The position numbers and the translations under genes were made by a program. A stretch of 64,000 bases of DNA, from assembly GCA_050273025.1 (NCBI GenBank), contig CP158635.1:20398001-20462000 (forward strand), written 5' to 3'. This document shows, in pieces, positions 40,502 to 51,325 of the stretch; position 1 is the stretch's first letter; each line of letters begins with the position of its first letter. Below the pieces are notes generated by a model that searched no databases, had not been told where the DNA came from, and saw only the letters and a list, made by a program, of their open reading frames with translations. This DNA comes from Cenococcum geophilum. Its lineage: Eukaryota.

Positions 40502-43050
40502 GTTTTAGAGGGTGGGGCTAGAGCTAGTGGGGCGCTTTATAGTAGTAGCACTAATAAGGATCTTATATTTAGTATAGAATCTACTATAAAATAACTATTA
40601 GCAATAATTAGTTATATAGGAGGCAGTGCTACCTATATAGTATTCTGCATTTATTATAGCATCTACTAGTTCTATTACTATATCTAGTTTATTAAAACCG
40701 TTACCGCTATTAATTAGTCTTGCTACGGAATAGGATTAGCTAATAATTATATAACTATAGTATAAGCCTCTCCTTATTACCGCTATCGTCTTAAAAGGAG
40801 GTTTATTAATTTATTTATACTATTAAAGTTACTCTAATAGTGCTTATAGCTCCCCAAAGATGCCTTTATATCTTTTTTATCATCTCTATTCTATAGGCGG
40901 TTACTATACTTAATCTTTAATAGTAGCGATAGATCTAGTATATTAAGCGTAGCTTTCTTCTATTTAATTGCCTCTAACTAACGCGCCTAGTGGCAAGGTT
41001 ATATTTGGTAGTGCTTTAATTTAAATTTAAAATAGTATATAACGCCGTACTTTTTATTCTTATAGTACTGTTAAAGGTAGCAATAGTATTTAAGTAACGG
41101 ATATAGATGCTTGCCTTTAGCTTCTATATAATTACATCGTTTAATAGCCTCTTTCTATATTTCAGTAGTAGTTAATTTCTTATTTTACTAGTAGCTTCCT
41201 TTACTATACCTTTATAATCCTTACTAGAGGGCTTTACCTCCTTATTAGCCGCTACTTTAGTTAAAAGACCTATTACTTAAAGTGCTGTATTAATAGCCGC
41301 ATTAATAGCCGTAGTAAATTTAGTATCTCCAGCTTTAGTAGACGTGTTAATAGATGCAGCAGCGGTCTTATATTTAACTATAAAATTAACCTAAAAAGCC
41401 TTCCTTGCGTACTTTAATTATGTCTCTATTTTTCCCTTTACTTTATGCTATTTATTTATATTATTAACTTCTTTGGGTATTATAGGATCCTTTAGACTAA
41501 ATAATGTAATAATAGCAGTTAATTAAGTTAGAAAGAACGAAGGCCGTAATGTTTACTAGCTTAACGCGTATTTTTAGTAATAAACTTTTAGAATTTAAAG
41601 ACTCTAAACAAGATAAGTAGAACGTTACTAAATAGCGTTATATTATTAGCATATACGGCTATATTTAAAAGAAGGGCTTAAGGGCCTTTAGACTATTTTA
41701 TAGTAGTAGGAGATATTAATATAGGCGGTGTAGGTTTAACGGTAAGGTCTACTTCTTAAGGCGCTTTAGAAGAAAGTCGTCCCTATATTTTCCGTACTTT
41801 ATAAGTAGGAGGGTATAAAAAGCTCTTACTTACGGCGTTAATTTCCAATTACTCTGGATTTTACTCTTACTACATATAAAAGCTAGGGCCTAACACTTAA
41901 CCGTATAGGTTTAGATATTAAGGAAAAGGATAAGATAGCTGGGCTAACCTATATAGCAATCTTACGAGTTAAAAAGCTTTTAGGGCTTATATTTAAATAT
42001 AGGTTTAATATAAAATAATTTTAGTTATCTATAAGCAAGACTAAAGAGGTATAATAAGAAGATTTTGTATAGAGGTAGTAGTAACTACTTATAAACGACT
42101 TTTCCTAAATAGGAAATTATGTACTGGCTTAAAGGTAAGCGGAGAATATAGTATTTGTCTTAGTTTCCTAGTTTTTAAACAGCTTAACTATGAAATCTAA
42201 TTTTCTAAATTTTAACCCCCCTACCTATCCTACCTTCTTACCGCTTCTAGAGCTATTAGATATATATATAATAGTATATAAAGAGAATTAGCAGTATAGT
42301 CGAAACTCTTTAGTACGATATCTAATTATAACGATATACTCTATATTACGATCTACACCCCTTAATCCAAATTTTTTTTGTGTAATATTATGATATACTA
42401 ACTATTTATAATATCGTTAAGTTTTCTCCACGAAAATCGTTATAACTAGTAGAGATTTTATATGGGAGGGGTTATACTTAGCCCGTGAAATAAATGCCCT
42501 ACACCCTTTTGGGATACTTAGCCACGCGTTAGCCTCCTTTTTCCTACTTATTAACCCAACACGTGACTCCATGTATAATAATACCATTAGTATTACGATA
42601 CGGTCGGCCGTATAACCCGCATCGTTATAAAGAGTTTTAACTGTATTACTAGATTAATATTACTGCTATCTATAGCGTTAATTAATTTTTAGAATTTTTT
42701 AAGTTTTTTTTAAAGGGCGGAAATGTCGCTTATATAAGGAGTTATATAACCTCTAAAAATATATGCTACTTAGGACCGTATATTAGCAGCTACAACTTCT
42801 CTACACTATAGTTAAGATTTTATATATACCGCACCTGGAGCTACTTATAATAACTATTACCTATAAATCTGCCAATTTATAAATTAAAAATTAGACGTAG
42901 TTAGGGCTATTATTAGGGGTTATTAATCGCCCTCCCTATAACAAAATTCTAGATTTTAGTAATTTAAAGTCTAGATCGTTAAATATAACTAACTACTAAG
43001 GCTGTCGCCACCTTATAACTTACTATACCTTATATATATATACAGACTCT
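40502..43050 (-). other. Heavily RIP-degraded repeat with a minus-strand coding remnant, possibly a DNA-transposon accessory region
   Basis: Codon-like minus-strand stretch ~41900-40600 (…KHY.I.PCH.AR..EAI...KATL..). The family could not be assigned. Confidence 0.3.
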
Positions 43051-45396
43051 TCTTTACCTATTAAATAAACGGACGATTAACCCTAGTTAATGAACGTACC
43101 TAACCAATAACGTCTTAGCCACCTAGACAAGATAGCTACCCACCCAAGACAGTGCACGGGCCTCCTACAAAAATTAAAATCAAAATAACATTAAAATCAA
43201 CCCCAAAATTAACCCCAAAATTAACCCAAATTAACCCTATTATATAAATACACTATAATCCATTAGTAGTTCCTTCCAACCCTTCTTTATAAAGGTAATA
43301 ACCTCCTATAATACAGCCTTCCTTTCCTTTACCCTCTTCTCTTTCTGCTCCTTTTAAAGCTTTTCATCGTTCTTCTTTTATACCTCTGCTACTAATAAAA
43401 CTCGTGCCTTCCTATAGGCGGCTTTTATCTTACTATAACGCTCCTTCTTCTATCTTTTAAGAAGCTCCTAATTTATTCGCTTAAGGATTATATTATTAGC
43501 TACCGTACTTAATATAAACTGCTAAATATTATATATAGCTTAAGAATGTAGGGGTGATGCGCTTTGTAAGAGCTTTTTTTTTATTTTTTTTATTTTTTTT
43601 TATATCTATTGTATTGTACTACGTACAATACTGCGCATGCAGCCTCTGGGCTATGGTGCTATAGTTCTATATACATAAATCCTTTCTAGGCAGCTTAATA
43701 TATACTAGTAGCTATATCCTAGTAGTTTATAAACCTCTAGACTAGAGGTTTACCGCTCCCTAGTAAAATACTAGGTTATAACAACTATTAGGTAATATTA
43801 AAACAGTAGAAAAACGGTAAAAGAAACGGTAAATAAATCCCAACGCCTGCCCCTGTACATTTTATAGTTTATTTCTGTCCTTTTGCTTACTACTATCTAT
43901 TTACTAGAAGTCTAGTAGGAGTTACCTCCTTCTAAAGCTTCTTCTTCCATTAGCCACTCTCTAGTAGCTATTTTTGTCTTACTTAGAAATAGGAAAAGCG
44001 CCCTTCTTCCTTTCTCTATACAAAAGAGCTTCTCTAGGGAGAGAGAAGAGTTTAGTTGTCTTTGCATTTCTTTTCTCTCTTCCCTGTATAGTCTGCATTC
44101 TAGTAATAGGTGCTTAGGAGTCTGTATAGCTCTACAGCCCTTAAAGCATTTACCTTCTTTATCCTTCCCTATTGTCTTAGAGAAGGATTTAAAGAAGCCT
44201 TTTCCTAGTTTTAGTTAATAGAAAGCTAATTATAACCTTTTAGGATATTTATCCTTAGGGGCTTTAAGAGATAAGGAGTAGTTTCCTCTAGAGATCCTAG
44301 TATAGTGTTTTCCTTTATTTTTTTTCTGTTGCCAGCTGCTTTTCCACTGTCCTAGTATTTTTTCTCTTGCTGCTCTCCCTATATAGGCTAGGGATGTATA
44401 AGAAGATTGTATTTTTCTTCTAGAGAGGCCCTTTTTAGCTAGCTTATCTGCTATTTCGTTTCCGTAGATTCCTAGGTGGCTAGGAACCCAATAGAAGCAG
44501 GTAGTTATATATTAGCTAATAATACAGTAGAGTTCTACATGCCTACTTATCTAGGCCTCTACCCCAGTTTTCTAGTGCTTTAGTCCTAGTCTATAAGCAG
44601 TTGGCTGCCACCACCCATAACACGGGGAATCTCACCAGTTCTTTCGGATATCTTATAACGGGTTATTAGCCCAAGTACTAGTCCGCCCCCCAGCGGTCTA
44701 TATAAGAGTTTCCTCCTAGAGTTAGTACGCTTTCGCACGGCTTAGGAGCCTTCCATAGCCTCTAGTTTTACGCCTCTCTTCATTGTTTCCGCCGGCACGG
44801 GCATAAGCTACCATTTGCAGGGGTCGCAACTCCCATCTTACGCGCCTACTGGCGTAATCCTACGAGGGCGTCGTGGCTGCATCCTGTAATATAGCTAGGT
44901 ACACCTTCTACGGTCGAGTCCCAGCCAAAGCCTCTCCCGCCTGAGTAACTCCTGTTTGCTCCTTAAGCGTACCTCACCAGCGTACTGCCCTAGCGAGCAG
45001 TCCTGTCTATTGGTACACCGACACGCGCATCCGTTCTCTCGAGCCACGTAGTAGTCTCTCCGGCCAGGACGTGATCCTGCCTGCCTACCAGGTGCACTAG
45101 GGGTCAGAGCCCAGCTAAGGGGTGAGGTCCCTAGAGCCAGCAGTGGCTACTACGTACTACGCCTCGCGGGTGGTTCCCGTTTCGCGTTGCCTATAAGAGT
45201 CTCCTCATGATAGGCCGACCGTGTCTTGCAGGAGGGGGCCATAGACCAGGTCCCGTGCCAGGCAACCTACTCCCCCCTCTCCTACTAACCAAGCTTGTGT
45301 TCCCCCCTTTTATAAGCTGGCCTGTGTCTCTAACTGTCGAGACCTCGTCCGACTGGCCTGTGTTTCCCCTACAGCCTCCCCCATATGTATATGCAT

Positions 45397-45426
45397 GTGC
45401 GTATGCGTATGCGTATGCGTATGCGT
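45397..45426. repeat. (GCGTAT)n microsatellite, ~5 copies
   Basis: Seen directly in the sequence. Confidence 0.9.
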
Positions 45427-46134
45427 TAGGTTGCGTGCACCACGCCTATTAAGACCCTCCTTTGAGTCGCCTTTTAACGCCATGGGGCCGTCGAAGCTGG
45501 CCTGTGTTTCCGCTGCCTAGAGCTTTGCCCGTGTTTCCACCTCGTTAAGCCGTCTGGTCGCCGTCGCGTCGCGTCGCTGTCGCGTCGCTGTCGCGTCTGT
45601 CGTCCAGGTCGCGCGCACCACGCCTATTAAGACCCTCTTCTAAGTCACCTGGGTGTACTGGATACCAGATAGGCCCTCGTAGAGGGGCCTTAACGAGTTC
45701 TCTAGGCAGGGCCTTAACAAGTTCTTCGCGGTGGCCTTGGGGCCTTAACAAGTTTCGTACGAGGTATCTGCGACGCGTTAACCTTAACAAGTTCTTATAA
45801 AAGGAGGTTCCCTACGCCCTCGCCGCGTCCTGCGATCTCAGAGGTAGTGCAAGCCCAAGGGTGTCCTGTTGTACGACTAGGGCGCGTCCACGTCGACTGG
45901 CTGTGATAAGGCCAGTTTCGGGCCTGGCTACGAGCCAGGTAGTCGTATATCGGGTGGTTTTCGTATCCCAGTTTCCCTTAATAGGCCTCCCTAGGTGGTA
46001 GAGCGAGAGCCCCAAGCGGAGGCAGTAGGGCTCCCGGTGTTGTTGAGGACGATGCGGACGCGTCGCAGGCTCAACACCACAGAACCGCAACGCCAGCGCG
46101 CTGCACGCGCTGCGGCGGCTCTCTACCATCGCCT

Positions 46135-46219
46135 CTGCACTTGGCCATCGTAAGGAATTGATTCCTGATGATGTTTCCACCCGCGGCGACGTGGACGCGT
46201 GCAGTAGGGCTTCGCGGGC
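46135..46219 (-). ncRNA. HDV-like self-cleaving ribozyme
   Basis: Minus-strand RNA: P1 GCCCGCG / J1/2 AAGCCCUA / P2 CUGCAC / P3 GCG / L3 UCCACGU / P3' CGC / P1' CGCGGGU / P1.1 GG / AAA / P4 CAUC...AGGAAU-CA-AUUCCU...GAUG / J4/2 GCCAA / P2' GUGCAG. P1 (with G1-U wobble), P2, P3 and P1.1 all pair fully. The candidate catalytic C is at 46144. Confidence 0.85.
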
Positions 46220-46856
46220 TTGTAAGAGCTGACTAAATATCTTAGTAAGTCTCTCCTCTACGGAAGGAGATATGGGTATATTAAATTTATAGCCATTCTT
46301 ATCTATAAAGCTTATATAGGAAGGAGTTATTAGCCGAATCTTTTCTAAAACAATTAAAGGATTAAATAGTAGAAGGCCAGTTGCCCGCTATATGCTTACT
46401 ATATTAGTTAGTAATATAGCTTCGTCTTATACAGCTTAGTAATACTTAAGGAACTTAGGCTTAGTAATATTAACAGCTCTATAGAAGGCGAAGTTTTAAA
46501 GGCGCTTTTAATAGGCTTTTAATAAGGGGCTAAATATACTAATATTAAGGGGTTAAAGTAGGTGTGTCGAATAAGGTAGTAAATAGAGAGGGATAATCTT
46601 ATAAGCCTTGCAATACTTAATAAACTGCATTAATATATGGCTCTCGTGTCCATTAAGAATTAATAAGCAATAGATTCCTTAAAGGCGTGGCTCTATATAT
46701 TAGTTAAAGTGTTTTAACCAATTAACTACAATATCTGAATTTATCCAGCCCAAATCGCTTACTTAAATTACTATCTTGCGATTAAGTCTAGGTGATATCT
46801 AAAATCGTTACATTTACTTCCCCTAAAAGATAAGGTAGGGAGGTAATCAATATTAG

Positions 46857-47492
46857 CCTCCTAATTGACCTCCTAGTTAACCTCCTAATTAACCTCCTAA
46901 TTAACCTTCTAATTAACCTCCTAATTAACCTCCTGGTTAACCTCCTAGTTGACCTCCTAGTTGACCTCCTAATTGACCTCCTAGTTGACCTCCTGGTTGA
47001 CCTCCTAGTTAACCTCCTAGTTAACCTCTTAATTGACCTCCTAATTGACCTCCTAGTTAACCTCCTAATTAACCTCCTAGTTGACCTCCTAGTTGACCTC
47101 CTAGTTGACCTCCTAATTGACCTCCTAGTTGACCTCCTGGTTGACCTCCTAGTTAACCTCCTAGTTAACCTCTTAATTGACCTCCTAATTGACCTCCTAG
47201 TTAACCTCCTAATTAACCTCCTAGTTGACCTCCTAATTGACCTCTTAATTAACCTCCTAATTAACCTTCTAATTAACCTCCTAATTAACCTCCTGGTTAA
47301 CCTCCTAGTTGACCTCCTAGTTGACCTCCTAATTGACCTCCTAGTTGACCTCCTGGTTGACCTCCTAGTTAACCTCCTAGTTAACCTCTTAATTGACCTC
47401 CTAATTGACCTCCTAGTTAACCTCCTAATTAACCTCCTAGTTGACCTCCTAATTGACCTCTTAATTAACCTCCTAATTAACCTCCTAATTAA
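46857..47492. repeat. 12-bp minisatellite CCTCCT(A/G)(A/G)TT(G/A)A, 53 units
   Basis: 636 bp = 53 x 12, with 144-bp and 360-bp higher-order duplications. Confidence 0.95.
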
Positions 47493-47887
47493 CTTTTTAA
47501 TATGCACTTAATAATAGACACCTAATCGCGATTGCCTGGCTCTATAATAAAGACTTAAGCCTCTAATTAAGGAATAAGTACCTTAACCTTATCGTCTAAC
47601 CCTATTGTAATTCCTTTCTTATCTATATTATATTAATCGCCTAGGGGAATTGCGTACTTAGTAATAGTAGCTTTATAAAGATTAAACTACTCTTTAATAA
47701 TCTTTAGATTCTTAGTATCCTTTTACTTTTAATTAAGGCCTTAGGCGAATTGAGCTTTAAGCTCTAGGTATTGGGTAAGGAAGTTTTTATACTAGTATTA
47801 GCCAAGCTTTAAAGGACGCTTCTTTACAGTAAGGATACTTTTAGCTATAGATTTAAGGTGTTAAATTTAAGGTAGTTAACCCTAGGC

Positions 47888-48307
47888 TATAACGAAGCCT
47901 TATAGGAAATACTATGGTAGACCTATTAATAGGCTAGGTATATAGGTAAACAGGAAATTAACAATGTAATAATAACTAGTGGAGTGGTTGCCTAATAGAT
48001 TAACTCTAATTATGTTCTAAAATTTACTATAAAGAAGAGAAACTATTTATAGAGACCGTACATCCTTAAATATATAACTCCTCCCTATAGTAAAGGGTTT
48101 AGTACATTAGTATATTAGTACATTAGTATATCGCGTTTTCACGTTCCTATATTCCTATATTCTAAACTTATAACGTAACTAGCTATATAACTTAGCTACC
48201 CCTTATCTTATAGCTTAATTAGTTTTAGCGCCTCCTATACTATCTTAACCGACCCGTTTATATCTATTTTTAGTAGTTGTACTACTACCGATATAAGGTC
48301 TATAACA
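47888..48307 (-). repeat. 3' LTR (~420 bp) of the minus-strand Gypsy
   Basis: T(A)TAAC...TAACA ends; the terminus resembles the reverse complement of LTR 20896-21319; adjacent PPT complement. Confidence 0.75.
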
Positions 48308-48415
48308 CTATCCCCCTCCTCTTTATCTTTATCCTTAAAGATATCTCCTATCTCTAAGTCGTCTATTAGAGGTATAGTATTCCTATCTTTAATTTAATAA
48401 CCTTTATTACTCTTA

Positions 48416-49020
48416 ATACCTCTTATTAGATCTTTTATGTCTAATTATTATAACTAGCTAATGACATTTATTTTATTACTTAGTGAAGTTATACCGTCTT
48501 ATTCTTATTGTATAAAGAAGAAGTTAATATATATTATAATCGCAGCTCCGTCTAGTTACTAACCTTCTTCCTATACTAAATATACGCGAGTAAATATACA
48601 ATTGTTTTATAATATTTAATCCGTCTCTAATACTAAGTATATACGTCTTATTATTCTCTATAATTATCTAGTTCCTTATTTAATTTATTTTAAGGTTACG
48701 CGTATTAGTAGCGGCTAAAAAACTAAAGAGTAAGCTAGCTAAGGCCCTTACTAAAGTTCAGCGTTGTTTTAATAAGGCATCTTAGGCTCTAAAAGCTTAA
48801 TTAGATACTTATACTCGCCTAAGCCGTCTAATAAAGGTCTATAAAAAGGTACACTTAAAAGAGCTTTGCTTGGTAGAGTAAGGTCTATTTAAGCTTAAGG
48901 CTAAAAGGGCTAAAAAGGATTCTAATTAAGAAGAGGCGGAAACAGCTCGCCCGCTAGTAGTAGATCCCCTAGATAATTTAGCTTGTTTATTACCTTTAAC
49001 TAATCCTTTTATCTTTAGCT
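48416..49020 (+). pseudogene. Antisense Zn2Cys6-like accessory gene of Gypsy (second copy)
   Basis: The translation from 48437 aligns with ORF 20518-20796. A GT..AG intron-like segment (~48637-48694) is followed by a coiled-coil-like exon. Confidence 0.6.
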
Positions 49021-50816
49021 CCTTCTCTATATTACCTAACCTATTTTCTCCTAATACTCCTATACCTTTCCTATAATATTTTTTAGATTCTATAGTAGTT
49101 CCTAAGTAGTCTTATTATAGCCTATCTACTTAACCTTATACTATATTTTGTTATTAATATCCTTATAACTAATAATCTTTAAAACTTACTATTTATCTTC
49201 TTCTTATCCTCTATATATATCTACTTTATAAATTAGTGGTTTAATATTCCCGTATACTAGTTCCAGTATTACGATATACTATATAGAGTAGATCTTTATT
49301 TTAGCTAGTAGGTTTAACTTAAATATAACCGGTAAAATTCTTTATATAATTTTAAAAGGTCCTAGCCCAATATAGTTTAACTTCTTACTTAGTTATTAAC
49401 TCTTAAAATTTTTCTATAGTAGCTATACTTTATCCCCCTCCTTAAGATCTAGTCCCTTAGATCTCTTAGTATTATAGTACTATTTTATTCTTTCTTATAC
49501 CTTTTTTACTAATTCTATAAGGTCTATATAAAGATTTATTAATATCTTTATCCTTTCTTTAGCTATGCTACTTGTTTTCTTTACTTATTATAGTAATAAT
49601 AATTTTTTTAGCTTATATCCGTAATTTACCTTAAATAGTAATATACCTATTCCTTTTTATAGTATTATATTATATATAAACTATATAACTAGTAATAACA
49701 ATACCTAATTATTCTATACGTAATTAATATAATATCTTAGATACTATTCTAGCGTCTAATTTAATCTTTTTAGTTATCCGTGTCGGGAATGAGGCAATTT
49801 GCCGTCACGTACGGCAAACTGCCGTCACGTGATGGCAAGTTGCCATCACGTGTCGCCGCGGCACTAGCGTGGCGAGGAGCCTTAAGCTCCTCGCCCTTCC
49901 TCATTCCAATCAATAAGCTTTTCCATCACTGTAACCTACTCGAGTAGTCGTTATTGGTGAGTCACCCTGTGTGACCAACACTGATCAGTGGTTGAATACA
50001 TAGTTAACCACAGAGCAGCTAGGTTTTCGAACAGAAGAGACAGTCTTGTGCAGGGGTGCTATATGCGCTCATATGGAATGGATCCCGGCGATATTGTGCT
50101 ACCTTAGACTTGCGGAAAACTAGTAATAGAAGTATTACTGAGTACTAGGAGATACCAAGTTGCGTCTATTATGTAGAATAACCACGTTTACGAAGATTTG
50201 GTTGAGTACTTTAGGTCAGAAGTGTTACTGAACCTATGGTCCCAAGTTAACGTCCGAAACGCGTTAAACTACCTCAATTGCCTACCTATTAATTGACGGC
50301 ACCTTACGAGAACATACAAACAAATCGGCAGTTCCGCTTCGACAACTACCTTAATACCCTCCGTGTGCCTTCGCAGATTTAGTTATTATGGCGTTAACCT
50401 ACCCGAAGAAGTATAAGAAAGATATTGACCTAAAGATATAGAATAAAGACATTGACCTTGCAAATGCTAAACCATAAGACCTAAACGGATTCTTATTATA
50501 CCGCATGGTATACTATAAAGATAGTAAATACGACGATACCGCGCTATAGGAATGTATAAGGGAGGACTTTATTAGATGGATAAAGGAAATATGGGCTCCC
50601 GCGAATAAGGATATCGTACGAGACTTCCGTGACTTTTTATGGGAGTATAGAGTATTCGTCCCTATGGACGGGGGCGTTATTAGAGACAATATTTAGGAGC
50701 ATATTATTAATGTAAAAGAAAAGCACAAATGGACTCCATAAGAGATTAAGATTAAGCACCAAATACGCGCTATAAAGAAGTTTAACTCTTGAGGGAATTC
50801 TAATAACGGACAGCTA

Positions 50817-51325
50817 CAAGCTCCGTCTATACAAGCTCTGTCTGTACAAGCTCCGTCTGTACAAGCTCCGTCTCCACAAGCTCCGTCTACACAAGCTCCG
50901 TCTACACAAGCTCCGTCCGCGCAAGCTCCGTTCAACTCAAGCGCCGAGACGTCTCCTCTAACCCCTACCGCGCCTAGGCAGCCTCCGCAGGGATCTCCGC
51001 AGCAACCACTACAGATAACCTCAGGCTATCAAACACCTCAAGTTCCTCAGGCTGCCGCATCTCAACCTGTGCCACAAGCTCCGTCTATACAAGCTCCGTC
51101 TCCACAAGCTCCGTCCGCACAAGCTCCGTCCGCGCAAGCTCCGTCCCACTTAAGCGCCAAGACGTCTCCCCTAACCCCTACCGCGCCTGGACAACCGGCA
51201 TAACAAGCTAGATCTGTGAACGATATCCCAACCCACCAGCAACCTCCGCAAGAACCTCCGCAGCAATCTCTGTAGTAATATCCGCAGTAATATCCGCAGC
51301 AATCTCCGCAGCAATCTCCGCAACA
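50817..51325 (+). repeat. Coding tandem repeats (15-bp CAAGCTCCGTCxxCA and 12-bp CAGCAATCTCCG) in the gag-like frame
   Basis: Two arrays (~50817-50932 and ~51074-51146) within a larger internal duplication. Confidence 0.85.

Larger units (their letters stand above)
43575..46219 (-). mobile_element. Non-autonomous LINE-tailed (SINE-like) retroelement, ~2.65 kb, lacking RT and endonuclease
   Basis: TSD TTGTAAGAGCT (43564-43574, 46220-46230) and an A-rich tail (T-runs 43575-43601). The 3' part encodes a partial RNase H (WVPSHLGIYGNEIADKLAK ~44490-44435) and a CCHC (C..C...QTPKHLLLEC ~44150-44095). The 5' 1.6 kb is GC-rich with no recognisable protein. Confidence 0.88.
43094..47887 (-). mobile_element. 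Fot1/pogo DNA transposon, 3' part; hosts the LINE-tailed element and minisatellite, cut by Gypsy at 47888
   Basis: Minus-strand YNxDxKGI (~47630), PGNRD.VSIIxCI (~47540-47500), LPPYLIF.GK (~46845), LLILxGHESH (~46670), STHLL.PL (~46570). ACGT...GCCACC-type terminus near 43094. Confidence 0.85.

Noticed and set aside
45860..46000. Second HDV-like ribozyme on the plus strand around GCG-TCCACGT-CGA
   Set aside because: P3 is mismatched and I could not find P1, P2 or J4/2 partners in the required order.
45895..46171. Hammerhead ribozyme (CTGATGA at 46165-46171 on plus; GAAAC-stem-GTC near 45895-45920 on minus)
   Set aside because: The two half-motifs are on opposite strands, and neither has its partner core sequence with a closing stem II.
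45207..46180. ORFs 45207-45452, 45545-45790 and 45812-46180 as protein genes
   Set aside because: No recognisable domains; they are open because the region is GC-rich and repetitive, and one overlaps the ribozyme.
46857..47492. CRISPR-like array
   Set aside because: The tandem units have no unique spacers, there are no cas genes, and the context is eukaryotic.
46788..47507. 239-aa Arg-rich, protamine-like ORF
   Set aside because: It is an alternative-frame reading of the 12-bp minisatellite; the meaningful frame is the interrupted Fot1 transposase.
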